From IMG/VR virus record IMGVR_UViG_3300022696_000244, positions 1 through 28,068 of that record: a DNA stretch of 28,068 bases; one strand, 5' to 3'. Made by a program: the position numbers and the translations under genes. The notes below the pieces were generated by a model. It saw nothing but the letters and a program-made list of their open reading frames with translations, ran no database searches and was not told where the DNA came from. Positions 17,272 through 25,765 of this stretch are shown piece by piece (positions within the stretch are counted from its first letter, which is position 1; each line of letters opens with the position of its first letter). Origin of the DNA: a virus (Duplodnaviria > Caudoviricetes).

Positions 17272-17883
17272 AATCTTAGTTCCCCCTATATTTAGATTTG
17301 AATAATCCGAATCAATAGCAACAATACTATCGCTATTAATTACCTCTTCTGCACCTAATCCATCTAGATGTATACGTGCCTCACTTCCAGCTCTTGCACG
17401 ATCTACAATTGCCAAATGATTATATATTATGTTTGTTTGTCTATGGGTATATTCTTGACCATCATAAACACCATCTTCGCGTTCCAAGTCCACTGTATAT
17501 CCTAAAGATAGTTCTCTTTTTCTACCATCTCTAATATCATTTACTGATTTACTATCAGTTACCATCATAGATGCTACTATAAACCTACCATCAGTATTTA
17601 CAGATTCACCTGTATACCCTACGCTAAGTTCTTTAAAATTCTTTGCATCAACTAATTTTTGTGGTGGATGGCCGTCGGTTATTGGGCGCATCTTCATGCT
17701 TTCTAAACTATTATCTTTAAAAACATCATCAGGGTGGCGTAGTTCTTTGCGAATAGTACCATCGGCATTTATATAAGTAAAAACACCTGTTCTTGTTACT
17801 ATAGCATCGGCACGGAGGTAACCCTCATCGGTTACAATCGCTTTTTTGACCAACCCCCTGTCAAAACGAGCTACATTCTTCAT
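16684..17883 (-). CDS. DUF2213-family prohead protease / scaffold protein
   Basis: EGYL, RTGVFTY, PITDGHP, ELSLGY and NHLAIVDRARAG motifs, followed by a coiled-coil C-terminal half. Confidence 0.9.
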   Translation of the reverse strand: MKNVARFDRGLVKKAIVTDEGYLRADAIVTRTGVFTYINADGTIRKELRHPDDVFKDNSLESMKMRPITDGHPPQKLVDAKNFKELSVGYTGESVNTDGRFIVASMMVTDSKSVNDIRDGRKRELSLGYTVDLEREDGVYDGQEYTHRQTNIIYNHLAIVDRARAGSEARIHLDGLGAEEVINSDSIVAIDSDYSNLNIGGTKIMDDKFSIVALDGLEYKAAPEVANAFKKFDSEKSELNTKIDSLTNELDKLKAEKDELSSKLDEMNSIDHEAKLKEAVKSRVSLLSKANEILGKEASEINMDEMSDRDIKVSVIKVKRPKVNLDEANDTYIEACFDLIVEDSAEIKVEDSESLKKQREALSVKSDAEDKKKMSSDEAFKAYVDRLKNGYKMTDKKDK

Positions 17884-17936
17884 TTAATTTTATTAACCTA
17901 TAAGTTAAACAAAAAAGAAATAATTCTTTTAATTCG

Positions 17937-17969
17937 ATATTAACATTAAACTATTTCAACTTGCAATAG
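17937..17969 (-). promoter_or_regulatory. Putative promoter for the protease-decoration-capsid genes, with an overlapping palindrome
   Basis: TTGCAA (17966-17961), 18-nt spacer, TG-T-TAATAT (-10 at 17942-17937). Palindrome CTATTGCAA-G-TTGAAATAG (17951-17969, 8 of 9 pairs). Confidence 0.45.
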
Positions 17970-17989
17970 TAATTTTTCAACCAGATTTA

Positions 17990-18871
17990 CTATAATAAAT
18001 CATCAAAGATAGGTATAGCGCTGCACCTGCAATTGATGGGATCTCCAGGATTACCTATAGATGGAGGCTTATCCCAACTAAATATTAAACCATTTAATTC
18101 TCTATGCTCATCCCTTACCCTATCATCACCGCTTGTTGACCATCTATATTTATCTATGCCAACTGATTTCTGTCTTACCTTAGTTAAGTTGCCATTTAAT
18201 GTTGCTATCTGATCTCTTGCTATTGTCTTAGCTCTTCTTTTTGTCATAGGAAAGCGCGATTGTATTTCACTTTCTATTTCACTTAATGCCTTACCTTGTG
18301 TTAAACCTTGGCTGGCAATTACTGAAATATCCTTAACAGTTTTATCAGATATGTCTTTAATTAAATCTGCATTACGAAATGCAAATGCATTAAGCCTTGT
18401 TTGCAAATCAGGATCGGTTGCCAATACATTAACTCCTAATGCTGCCTGCGTTACCCTATCAAATTGTTTTTGATTAAAGTCAGAAGTCTCTTTTGCAATA
18501 TCAGAGGTAAGTGATTCTACCTGCGGAATTCTTCTATCAAATAATACTTTGCTGGCATTCATTAAATTATTTAAATCTCTTGCCCAGTCATCACTACGAA
18601 TAAAAGCAAAATTTTGTTTAACTAGCCAAGGATCGTATTTAATAGAGTCTGTATTGACTTGATTAGCTTGTTTATATAGCGATGGTAATTCCATTAATAA
18701 AGTATCGCTTATAGATTTTTGTAATATATCCACTATGTCAAAAAGCTTGCGTCTATATTCACGTTCAACAGATTCAGGAAATAACCATTGAGGAGGTCGA
18801 CCACCTTTCTTCTTTATCCCTTCTGCTTTGCGCCTAGCTATAGCTTGTTTTACTGAACTTGGTATTGCCAT
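17990..18871 (-). CDS. Head morphogenesis protein (SPP1 gp7 / Mu gpF family)
   Basis: RAKTIARDQ, YRWSTSGDDRVRDEH and PG..INCRC motifs. Confidence 0.92.
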   Translation of the reverse strand: MAIPSSVKQAIARRKAEGIKKKGGRPPQWLFPESVEREYRRKLFDIVDILQKSISDTLLMELPSLYKQANQVNTDSIKYDPWLVKQNFAFIRSDDWARDLNNLMNASKVLFDRRIPQVESLTSDIAKETSDFNQKQFDRVTQAALGVNVLATDPDLQTRLNAFAFRNADLIKDISDKTVKDISVIASQGLTQGKALSEIESEIQSRFPMTKRRAKTIARDQIATLNGNLTKVRQKSVGIDKYRWSTSGDDRVRDEHRELNGLIFSWDKPPSIGNPGDPINCRCSAIPIFDDLL

Positions 18872-19369
18872 TTAAATATGCACCTCATATTGATTCACAA
18901 GTGTAATAGTTGCATTACCAGATGTTGTTAATTTTACATAAGTATTAGGTGGAATTACTGCGGTTAATGAATCTCTTATATCCTGAGTTATTGCTATACC
19001 CAATATAAGACCACCACTAATACCAGATGATGTCGAAGAGATAGTTGTATAAGAAATATTATCATCGCTTATTTGTAAATCAACTTGACCAGATGTTCCA
19101 CCTCCAATCGTTGTTGATGTTTGAAATCTAACTGTATAGATAATAGAACATGTGCGATTTACATCTGGTATAAACGCTGTGTTTAAACTACGACCGGGAT
19201 TAGTATCGTAAATCCTATCAGGTTGATAAAAAGTAACTGTGCCATTACCATCAGAAGACACATGCACAAAAGGGGTCAGAAAATTAAGAGTATTTGTTAA
19301 ATCCTCAATTTGAACCCCATCTTTTTGAATAGTCAAATTTTCTTTATTTAAAGAATTTTGAATTGCCAT
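18872..19369 (-). CDS. Hypothetical beta-rich virion (fibre-like) protein
   Basis: 165 aa, rich in T/S/G/I, lying in the cluster between portal and gp7. Confidence 0.5.
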   Translation of the reverse strand: MAIQNSLNKENLTIQKDGVQIEDLTNTLNFLTPFVHVSSDGNGTVTFYQPDRIYDTNPGRSLNTAFIPDVNRTCSIIYTVRFQTSTTIGGGTSGQVDLQISDDNISYTTISSTSSGISGGLILGIAITQDIRDSLTAVIPPNTYVKLTTSGNATITLVNQYEVHI

Positions 19370-19377
19370 AAAACTAC

Positions 19378-19866
19378 CTAGTTAATATCTAAGTTTCCAA
19401 CTGGTGATAATACAATCCATTCAGTATCTGCAACAGAGCATACTAATCTCATAGAGTCATAATTCTTTGTAGAAGTTATATTACCTGTAATGCCAACTGT
19501 TGTTGATTTTTTACCGAAGTGCATTTGCTGATTTGCGTTCTGTTCTACTACCCAACCTGCTTGCATATCTACAACATAAAGCTCTGTGCCTACGGCTGCT
19601 GTTAATGGTAATGTAAACACAACAGGAGCAGCGTTATTTGCTAGATAATATTTATCTATTTCCATTTGATGGGTAGCGTCTGTAATGACTTCCCAAAATT
19701 CTGCTTTTGTTGCATCGATTGTAATATTACCGTCGCCGTTTGTAACTACGATACCTGCGCCGCCTGTAAGTGTACCTACAATTGGTTGATCTTGTGATGT
19801 TGAACCGATCAGTAGTTGACCGTCCTCATTATTATATTCCGCATTCCACGAATTATTAGTTGCCAT
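19378..19866 (-). CDS. Hypothetical fibre-like protein with a TLP...G C-terminal domain
   Basis: GQLLIGST...TLTGGAGIVVTNGDGNITI shaft-like motif. C-terminal domain is paralogous to that of 19892..20851. Confidence 0.55.
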   Translation of the reverse strand: MATNNSWNAEYNNEDGQLLIGSTSQDQPIVGTLTGGAGIVVTNGDGNITIDATKAEFWEVITDATHQMEIDKYYLANNAAPVVFTLPLTAAVGTELYVVDMQAGWVVEQNANQQMHFGKKSTTVGITGNITSTKNYDSMRLVCSVADTEWIVLSPVGNLDIN

Positions 19867-19891
19867 ATTTAAATTCCCCCAAATTTATATA

Positions 19892-20851
19892 TTATGTAAT
19901 AGTAAAATTTCCCATTGAAGATGTTACTATATATTTTAGATTAGCATAATTACATTTAATTGCCAAAGCAGAATTAACTTGCCCAGGAGCATTTTCAAGA
20001 TAGTTAACTACTTGCTTTTTACCCATAAAAAAATCAATGCCACTAGGCGCTACTAACCTAAATCCTTCAACACTTCCCATCAAAATTTCAATAGTGTCAC
20101 CAATATAGCAATTATCAGGTAAGGTTAAATTTAATTGTACATTTCCATCGATTATATATCCTTTATTATTTTCTAAGACTGTATCGGCTGTTAAGGTCTC
20201 CCAAACAAGACCTATTTGCACCCTGACAAACTTATCTTGCACCTTTGTAACATCAACAGAGCCCGTAAAATCTATTTTTTGAACATTGCTATCAACAAGT
20301 ATATTATCAAATAATACGCTAAGCTTTGTAATGATAGGTTGACCAATAGAGCCGCCATAATTATCTACCTTTACAGTCCTTTTATCGATTATGGGTATAC
20401 AAATACCCCACTCTCCATCAGGCTGTTTAAATTGTATGCAATTATCTTTTTCTACATAGCGATGTTCTGGTGGTGGACCTGTTACAGACTCACCTTGTGG
20501 ACCCGCAGGGCCTATTACATTACCAAGATCAAATTGGTTATCATTATCCAATGTAATAATTAAATGACCTTCGGTTATCTTTACACTTTTAATGCCAATC
20601 CCTCTGGTACCTTCTTTGCCCATAATACCAGCGTCGCCTTTAATATTACCTAAATTAATAACTTCATTTGAGGTAAGTTCAATATTAAGTTCGTCTTCTT
20701 TTATATAAGCATCTTTTATTGATATAGCAGGAGGTATCTTATCGACCTCATCTGCAACTAGGATAGGAATGTTTTTATCTATATAGCGAGGTATATGATA
20801 TCTAAGCCACTCTATGACTAACTGATTAATTTCTAAATCTTTTAAATCCAT
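19892..20851 (-). CDS. Collagen-like head/fibre protein
   Basis: Short G-X-Y runs (GDAGIMGKEGTRG; GPAGPQGE), two I...L.I.L......LGN(I/V).G repeats, and a C-terminal TLP domain. Confidence 0.55.
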   Translation of the reverse strand: MDLKDLEINQLVIEWLRYHIPRYIDKNIPILVADEVDKIPPAISIKDAYIKEDELNIELTSNEVINLGNIKGDAGIMGKEGTRGIGIKSVKITEGHLIITLDNDNQFDLGNVIGPAGPQGESVTGPPPEHRYVEKDNCIQFKQPDGEWGICIPIIDKRTVKVDNYGGSIGQPIITKLSVLFDNILVDSNVQKIDFTGSVDVTKVQDKFVRVQIGLVWETLTADTVLENNKGYIIDGNVQLNLTLPDNCYIGDTIEILMGSVEGFRLVAPSGIDFFMGKKQVVNYLENAPGQVNSALAIKCNYANLKYIVTSSMGNFTIT

Positions 20852-20854
20852 GGC

Positions 20855-21100
20855 TTAAATTTCCTTATAGAATAACTCATGTATTTCATCTAATTTTACT
20901 TGCTTAGCAATTTCCAAATCTTTAAGCTCTTCTTCTTTCATGTCAATACGATTATGAATGCTATCTATGCGCTTATTAATTTTTTTTAATTCTTCTGCAA
21001 CACGTATAACTTCACTATCAAGAGACTTTTGAACTTCATCTATTGAAACAAAATTTTTCAAGTTTAGCAATTCCAAAGCTCTATTTTTAAATGATGACAT
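20855..21100 (-). CDS. Small coiled-coil hypothetical protein
   Basis: 81 aa, GAGG RBS, tightly packed between its neighbours. Confidence 0.6.
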   Translation of the reverse strand: MSSFKNRALELLNLKNFVSIDEVQKSLDSEVIRVAEELKKINKRIDSIHNRIDMKEEELKDLEIAKQVKLDEIHELFYKEI

Positions 21101-21101
21101 G

Positions 21102-22604
21102 TTACCTCTCAGCTAATTTATTTAAAATATCAAAAAAACGATCTTCCCTTTTCAATTCATCTTCATTTTGTTGTGGTATTTCTGGCTCTTCTTCCTCTTC
21201 TTCCTCTTCTTCTTGCTGCTCCATCATTTCTTCTTCTTGCTCTTTTCTAGCCATCTCAGTTACTGTATTTCTAATCTCTTCAATAGCTGATACATCTTCT
21301 GGAGTCATTTCAGGGTTTTCTCTTGTCTCATTATCAATAAAAGTATCCATCGAATAACTTTCGCCTCCAAAACGTGCTATAGCAACCTCACTTGGATCTA
21401 ACACACCTGTGTTGATATATATCTGATCGGTTTCAGCAATTGTTTTTCTAAGTGTAGCATTTTCTGAATCAGTTAGCTGCCATAAAGGAGTAAATTTAAT
21501 GCACCAATTTTCTAGCTCACGGCCACCAAAGCCACCTTCACTAGATAACATGATTATTTTAGTAAGCTTTTCGATAACAGGACGCAGAGTATCTTCTTGT
21601 TCTCCTTTTATATTATCATAAAACATTCTGATATCACTAGCACCTGTTGCTTGCAATCCTGCTGGCGCCTGCCCCATAAGGAAGGTAACTGGTATACCAG
21701 ACACTGCTGCTAATGCTAATGTAAATTTATCTATCAATCCATCAAGACCACCTACAGAAGAACCTAGCTTTGTATAGCTTTCATTCTCATCAAGTAATAT
21801 TGTATTTGCTACATGTCTTGAGGTATCTATTATCTGTAATCTTTTTTGAATTAACTCATCTTCACCCGCTGCTAACATGTCTTGTAAATTGTTAATTGTT
21901 AAAACAGATTGTACAAAATCTTCCATGATATTTGCAGTCGTACCATAAGCGGCGCCTAAATTTTTTAATTGTGTATAAATAGGTTGTAATACACTATCAC
22001 CCCAGTAATCATTATCGATATAGCGACGCACTGGTAGCTTTTCACCATCCATTTTTATTATTCTGGATTCATGTACTACGATTTCTGCTGCTGCTGTTTT
22101 TAAAGGATTTATTCTATAGAATTCAGGCTTGCCAAAGTTTCTAGACTCAACGCCATATACATCGTTAAACGTCCACCATACTTGATGTCTATCAAATACC
22201 TGTAGATAATCAAGTTTTCTAATATTGTTATAGTTAATTGGTTGATCTAATTCCTGACCATCGTCAACACCCAACAATAAAACTGCCCCGCCGAATAATC
22301 TTGACCATCTAATAAGATCGGTGACTTTTTCTTTACCATCAATCTCATCTAATGCGCCTACTATCAGATTATCAGTATCACCTTCAATTGTAAACCATTC
22401 TCTAGTCATCTCAGTTGCAATAAGATCAACGACTTTTTTAGCAAAGCCATCACCAGTATATAAATTCATTAATTGATTTTCGTCTAGTCTATTATCATAT
22501 AAGTAATTAGTAGATTGTGTTCTGTCTTTACCGCGAATGCCTAGATTAGTAAGTATATTTCCCCAGCCATCAAAATTGATAACTTTATTTTTCTTCTTTG
22601 TCAT
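21102..22604 (-). CDS. Portal protein (DUF1073-like)
   Basis: WSRLFGG, NFGKPEFY, VHESR, WGDS, GIPVTFLMGQAPAGLQATG and F.PLW motifs. Directly after TerL. Confidence 0.9.
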   Translation of the reverse strand: MTKKKNKVINFDGWGNILTNLGIRGKDRTQSTNYLYDNRLDENQLMNLYTGDGFAKKVVDLIATEMTREWFTIEGDTDNLIVGALDEIDGKEKVTDLIRWSRLFGGAVLLLGVDDGQELDQPINYNNIRKLDYLQVFDRHQVWWTFNDVYGVESRNFGKPEFYRINPLKTAAAEIVVHESRIIKMDGEKLPVRRYIDNDYWGDSVLQPIYTQLKNLGAAYGTTANIMEDFVQSVLTINNLQDMLAAGEDELIQKRLQIIDTSRHVANTILLDENESYTKLGSSVGGLDGLIDKFTLALAAVSGIPVTFLMGQAPAGLQATGASDIRMFYDNIKGEQEDTLRPVIEKLTKIIMLSSEGGFGGRELENWCIKFTPLWQLTDSENATLRKTIAETDQIYINTGVLDPSEVAIARFGGESYSMDTFIDNETRENPEMTPEDVSAIEEIRNTVTEMARKEQEEEMMEQQEEEEEEEEEPEIPQQNEDELKREDRFFDILNKLAER

Positions 22605-22679
22605 CTCTTCCCCCCGAAAGATTATAAGTAGTTAATTTTAGTGTAAAACAAAAGTTAGTAAATGTGAATTATTTAGATT

Positions 22680-24035
22680 TTACCATCTTACCATAGCTTC
22701 ATAACTAAACCTATCTTCAGTCAAATAATTTAGTGCACCTGCAGCAGCGTCAGTTTGATCATCATGTCCACCAAATGGAAACATAGATAATTCTTCAAGA
22801 AAATCATGAACCCAACCACCTTTTAGTAATTTGACATTACCTGCCTCACATTGCGCAGAGAATGGCGATGCTCTTGTTATTTTATCTTTTGTGACCTTAA
22901 ATGATTTAACATTAAAGCCTGCAAGCATACGAGTTAAGTAATCAACTTCAGACTTACCAGCTTGCCCCGGATCTTGCTCTAAACCTACGACAGTACGAGT
23001 ACCATCACGAACTGCTGTATTATGAATAGCTTTTTGTACATCAAGAGAACTTGCTCTAAGCCTTACTATATCTTCAATATAGAAAATGTTGTTTTTATCT
23101 TTTGACATCTTAACGCCAACTGTCCAATCGGGGTCGTTTCCATCTTTTTTAACCGTTGCAGCACGATCCCAATATCTTATTGATTTTACATTATCAACTG
23201 TTTTGGCATTTACTATTTCAAACCATCCTTTATTAAACATGCCGCCATCTGCAGGCGCAGGGCTTTGTTGATAAAGCGCAGACCATTCATAAGAACCAAT
23301 TGTTTTTTTAATATTTTCTAACTGATCTAAAGGCCATCGCTCAGGCCATAGAGAATGCCCATCATCTGATATAGCAGGCATGTTAATATGCGTCCATGAA
23401 TCACCTTCATTTTCAAGCAAGTACCCTGCAAGGTCATTTTGGTGCCAGCGTGTATTAATAAAAACTATAGCGCCGCCCGGTGCAAGCCTTGTATATAATG
23501 TAGACTTGTACCAATCGAGTATATTTTTTCTTATAGTGTCTGAATTTGCGTCTGCTCTGTTACGCAAAATATCATCACATATAATTAAATCCGCACCCTT
23601 ACCAGTTAAAGATCCCATTGCTCCTATTGCATAATAAATACCGCCTAGATTGGTTGCGAATTTCTTTACGCTAGCGCTATCTTGACTTAGCTTTACATTA
23701 GGAAATATAAACCTAAACTTGTCATCTTCAACAATGTTACGTACCTGCCTGCCAAAATCATCTGCTAGGCTTTGCCCGTATGTAGTAAAGATTATATTTT
23801 TTTTAGGATGTCGTCCAATATACCAAGTGGGAAATATCGTAGATACTAGATATGACTTACCAAAACGCGGAGGGCAATTTATCATTAAGCGTTTGATTTC
23901 TCCTGATTCGACTTTACTTAACGCTTTAATAATAGTTTGTATATGATCGGGTCTTTGAAAATCATCTTTTATATATTGCGCATAGGCACTTAAGTGATGA
24001 TAACAACCGTTAGTAATAATATCATTCGGATTCAT
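22680..24035 (-). CDS. terL: Terminase large subunit
   Basis: Walker A PPRFGKS, Walker B LIICDD, TRWH, ALYQQSP, nuclease-domain YWDRA and HDDQTDA. Confidence 0.95.
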   Translation of the reverse strand: MNPNDIITNGCYHHLSAYAQYIKDDFQRPDHIQTIIKALSKVESGEIKRLMINCPPRFGKSYLVSTIFPTWYIGRHPKKNIIFTTYGQSLADDFGRQVRNIVEDDKFRFIFPNVKLSQDSASVKKFATNLGGIYYAIGAMGSLTGKGADLIICDDILRNRADANSDTIRKNILDWYKSTLYTRLAPGGAIVFINTRWHQNDLAGYLLENEGDSWTHINMPAISDDGHSLWPERWPLDQLENIKKTIGSYEWSALYQQSPAPADGGMFNKGWFEIVNAKTVDNVKSIRYWDRAATVKKDGNDPDWTVGVKMSKDKNNIFYIEDIVRLRASSLDVQKAIHNTAVRDGTRTVVGLEQDPGQAGKSEVDYLTRMLAGFNVKSFKVTKDKITRASPFSAQCEAGNVKLLKGGWVHDFLEELSMFPFGGHDDQTDAAAGALNYLTEDRFSYEAMVRW

Positions 24036-24999
24036 AACTTAATTCATCATACGTTTTATTATTTAATAAATTAACTGGCTGCTTATTAAATTCTTTAATA
24101 TAGCGCTTTAATATTATATCGCAGTAGTAAGGATTAAGCTCCATACCGTAACAGATCCTATTAGTATTTTCACATGCAAGCAGGGTGGTACCCGAACCTA
24201 AAAACATATCGAGTACAATCTCATTATCGCCCGCGCATAATTCAACAATACGATTTATAAGTAATATCGGTTTTATGGTTGGGTGGTCAAGACGATTTTT
24301 TTCATTAAGTTTAGTTTTATTAGTAGGTAAAAAAGACCAGACATTAGTAAAGTTTGTTTCTTTAGGTGCTACGTCTGTGTCATGACCATGATTCATAAAC
24401 TTATATGCTTGATTTGCTTTATCTGAATATTTTTTCATTTGTTTTTCACCCGTTTCTATTTGTTTCCACAGTGCTCCTATATATCTTTTAAAAGATTTGA
24501 TATTGGCAAGATCATAATAGAGGTTGGGGCATTTAACATCGGCATATAGTCCTTTAGTTTTTACATATTTTTTCTTACCTTTTTTATATATCATTAAGGT
24601 TTCATGTGTTCTTAAAATTTCTGGCGTTGGTGAATTATGTGCACGCTTAACCCATACAATATGATCTTTATATTTATACTTAGTATCCTCTAAACTTTTT
24701 AACCAATCGAGCATTTTAGGCATCTGATGTGTAAATGCAAAAAAGCTGTTTTCTTTTGTAAATTTATCTACTAATGATAAGCATACCTTTTCATCAATAG
24801 GATTATCCCATTTATCTATTTTAATGCCATAAGGTGGATCGATAAAACAGAAGTCGGCTTTGTTACCATTTAATAATAATGCAATGTTTTCTTCTCTTAG
24901 AGCATCACCACACATTAACCTATTATTACCTAATTGCCAAATATCATTTGGTTTAGTTATTATTCTATCTTCTTTAAATATTATTTCATTTTGATTCAT
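24022..24999 (-). CDS. N4/N6 DNA methyltransferase, beta class (copy B)
   Basis: DPPY ... HPTIKP ... DMFLGSGTT in beta-class order. Confidence 0.92.
   Translation of the reverse strand: MNQNEIIFKEDRIITKPNDIWQLGNNRLMCGDALREENIALLLNGNKADFCFIDPPYGIKIDKWDNPIDEKVCLSLVDKFTKENSFFAFTHQMPKMLDWLKSLEDTKYKYKDHIVWVKRAHNSPTPEILRTHETLMIYKKGKKKYVKTKGLYADVKCPNLYYDLANIKSFKRYIGALWKQIETGEKQMKKYSDKANQAYKFMNHGHDTDVAPKETNFTNVWSFLPTNKTKLNEKNRLDHPTIKPILLINRIVELCAGDNEIVLDMFLGSGTTLLACENTNRICYGMELNPYYCDIILKRYIKEFNKQPVNLLNNKTYDELSYESE
24029..24144. repeat. Direct repeat of the methyltransferase 3' end (second copy at 24993-25108)
   Basis: 116 bp with 2 mismatches by manual comparison. The first 87 bp are identical. Confidence 0.95.
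24904..24999. repeat. Direct repeat of the methyltransferase 5' end (second copy at 25670-25765)
   Basis: 96 bp with 4 mismatches by manual comparison. Confidence 0.95.
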
Positions 25000-25765
25000 A
25001 ACTTAATTCATCATACGTTTTATTATTTAATAAATTAACTGGCTGCTTATTAAATTCTTTAATATAGCGCTTTAATATTGTATCGCAGTAGTAAGGATGA
25101 AGCTCCATCATATAACAAGTACGATTTGTATTTTGACATGCAATAAGTGTTGAGCCTGAACCACCAAAAAGATCTAGTATATTATTATCAACTCTTAATT
25201 CTTCAAAACACCATTCAGCTAAGGCAATTGGTTTTTGAGTTGGATGTATTCTTTTTTGCATGCGTTCAGAATCTTTTATTAATCCCTTCCACAAATGCCG
25301 AAAAATCCTAATAGACTTAAATTGAGATTTACACCATGCAAGTTCACAATCTGATTGACGATCTTTTTGTTTATCTTCAATTCTTTTATCCCATACAATC
25401 CAATTATTTGTATTAGGTAAATGACTAGCATAATTATTTGCGCCCCACCATATTTGGATAGGAATATCAAAATGTTGTATTAAATTAAATACTTTAATTG
25501 TATTATCTATATTATCATTAAAAGGAATAAAATTATTACCAGGTTGAATTGTTCCCCCAATTCTATTATTTCTATAACCTATTTTATTCATTCCATAAGG
25601 TGGATCTGCAAATAACATATCAATTTTATTATTATTGATAAGCTTTTTTATATGATTAATATCAGTACTATCACCACACATTAACCTATGATTACCTAAT
25701 TGCCAAATATCATTTAGTTTAGTTATTATTCTATTTTCTTTAAATATCATTTCATTTTGATTCAT
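24986..25765 (-). CDS. N4/N6 DNA methyltransferase, beta class (copy A)
   Basis: DPPY ... VWDK ... ELAW ... HPTQKP ... DLFGGSGST. Confidence 0.92.
   Translation of the reverse strand: MNQNEMIFKENRIITKLNDIWQLGNHRLMCGDSTDINHIKKLINNNKIDMLFADPPYGMNKIGYRNNRIGGTIQPGNNFIPFNDNIDNTIKVFNLIQHFDIPIQIWWGANNYASHLPNTNNWIVWDKRIEDKQKDRQSDCELAWCKSQFKSIRIFRHLWKGLIKDSERMQKRIHPTQKPIALAEWCFEELRVDNNILDLFGGSGSTLIACQNTNRTCYMMELHPYYCDTILKRYIKEFNKQPVNLLNNKTYDELSYESK

Noticed and set aside
4200-22615. G-runs as G-quadruplexes or phase-variable tracts
   Set aside because: The runs are single, kilobases apart, only 6-7 nt long and always at RBS position, which fits a translation-initiation role better.
25279-25470. 63-aa alternative-frame ORF inside methyltransferase copy A
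   Set aside because: Short, with no clear RBS or repeated motif, unlike the +1 ORF in the C5 methyltransferase.
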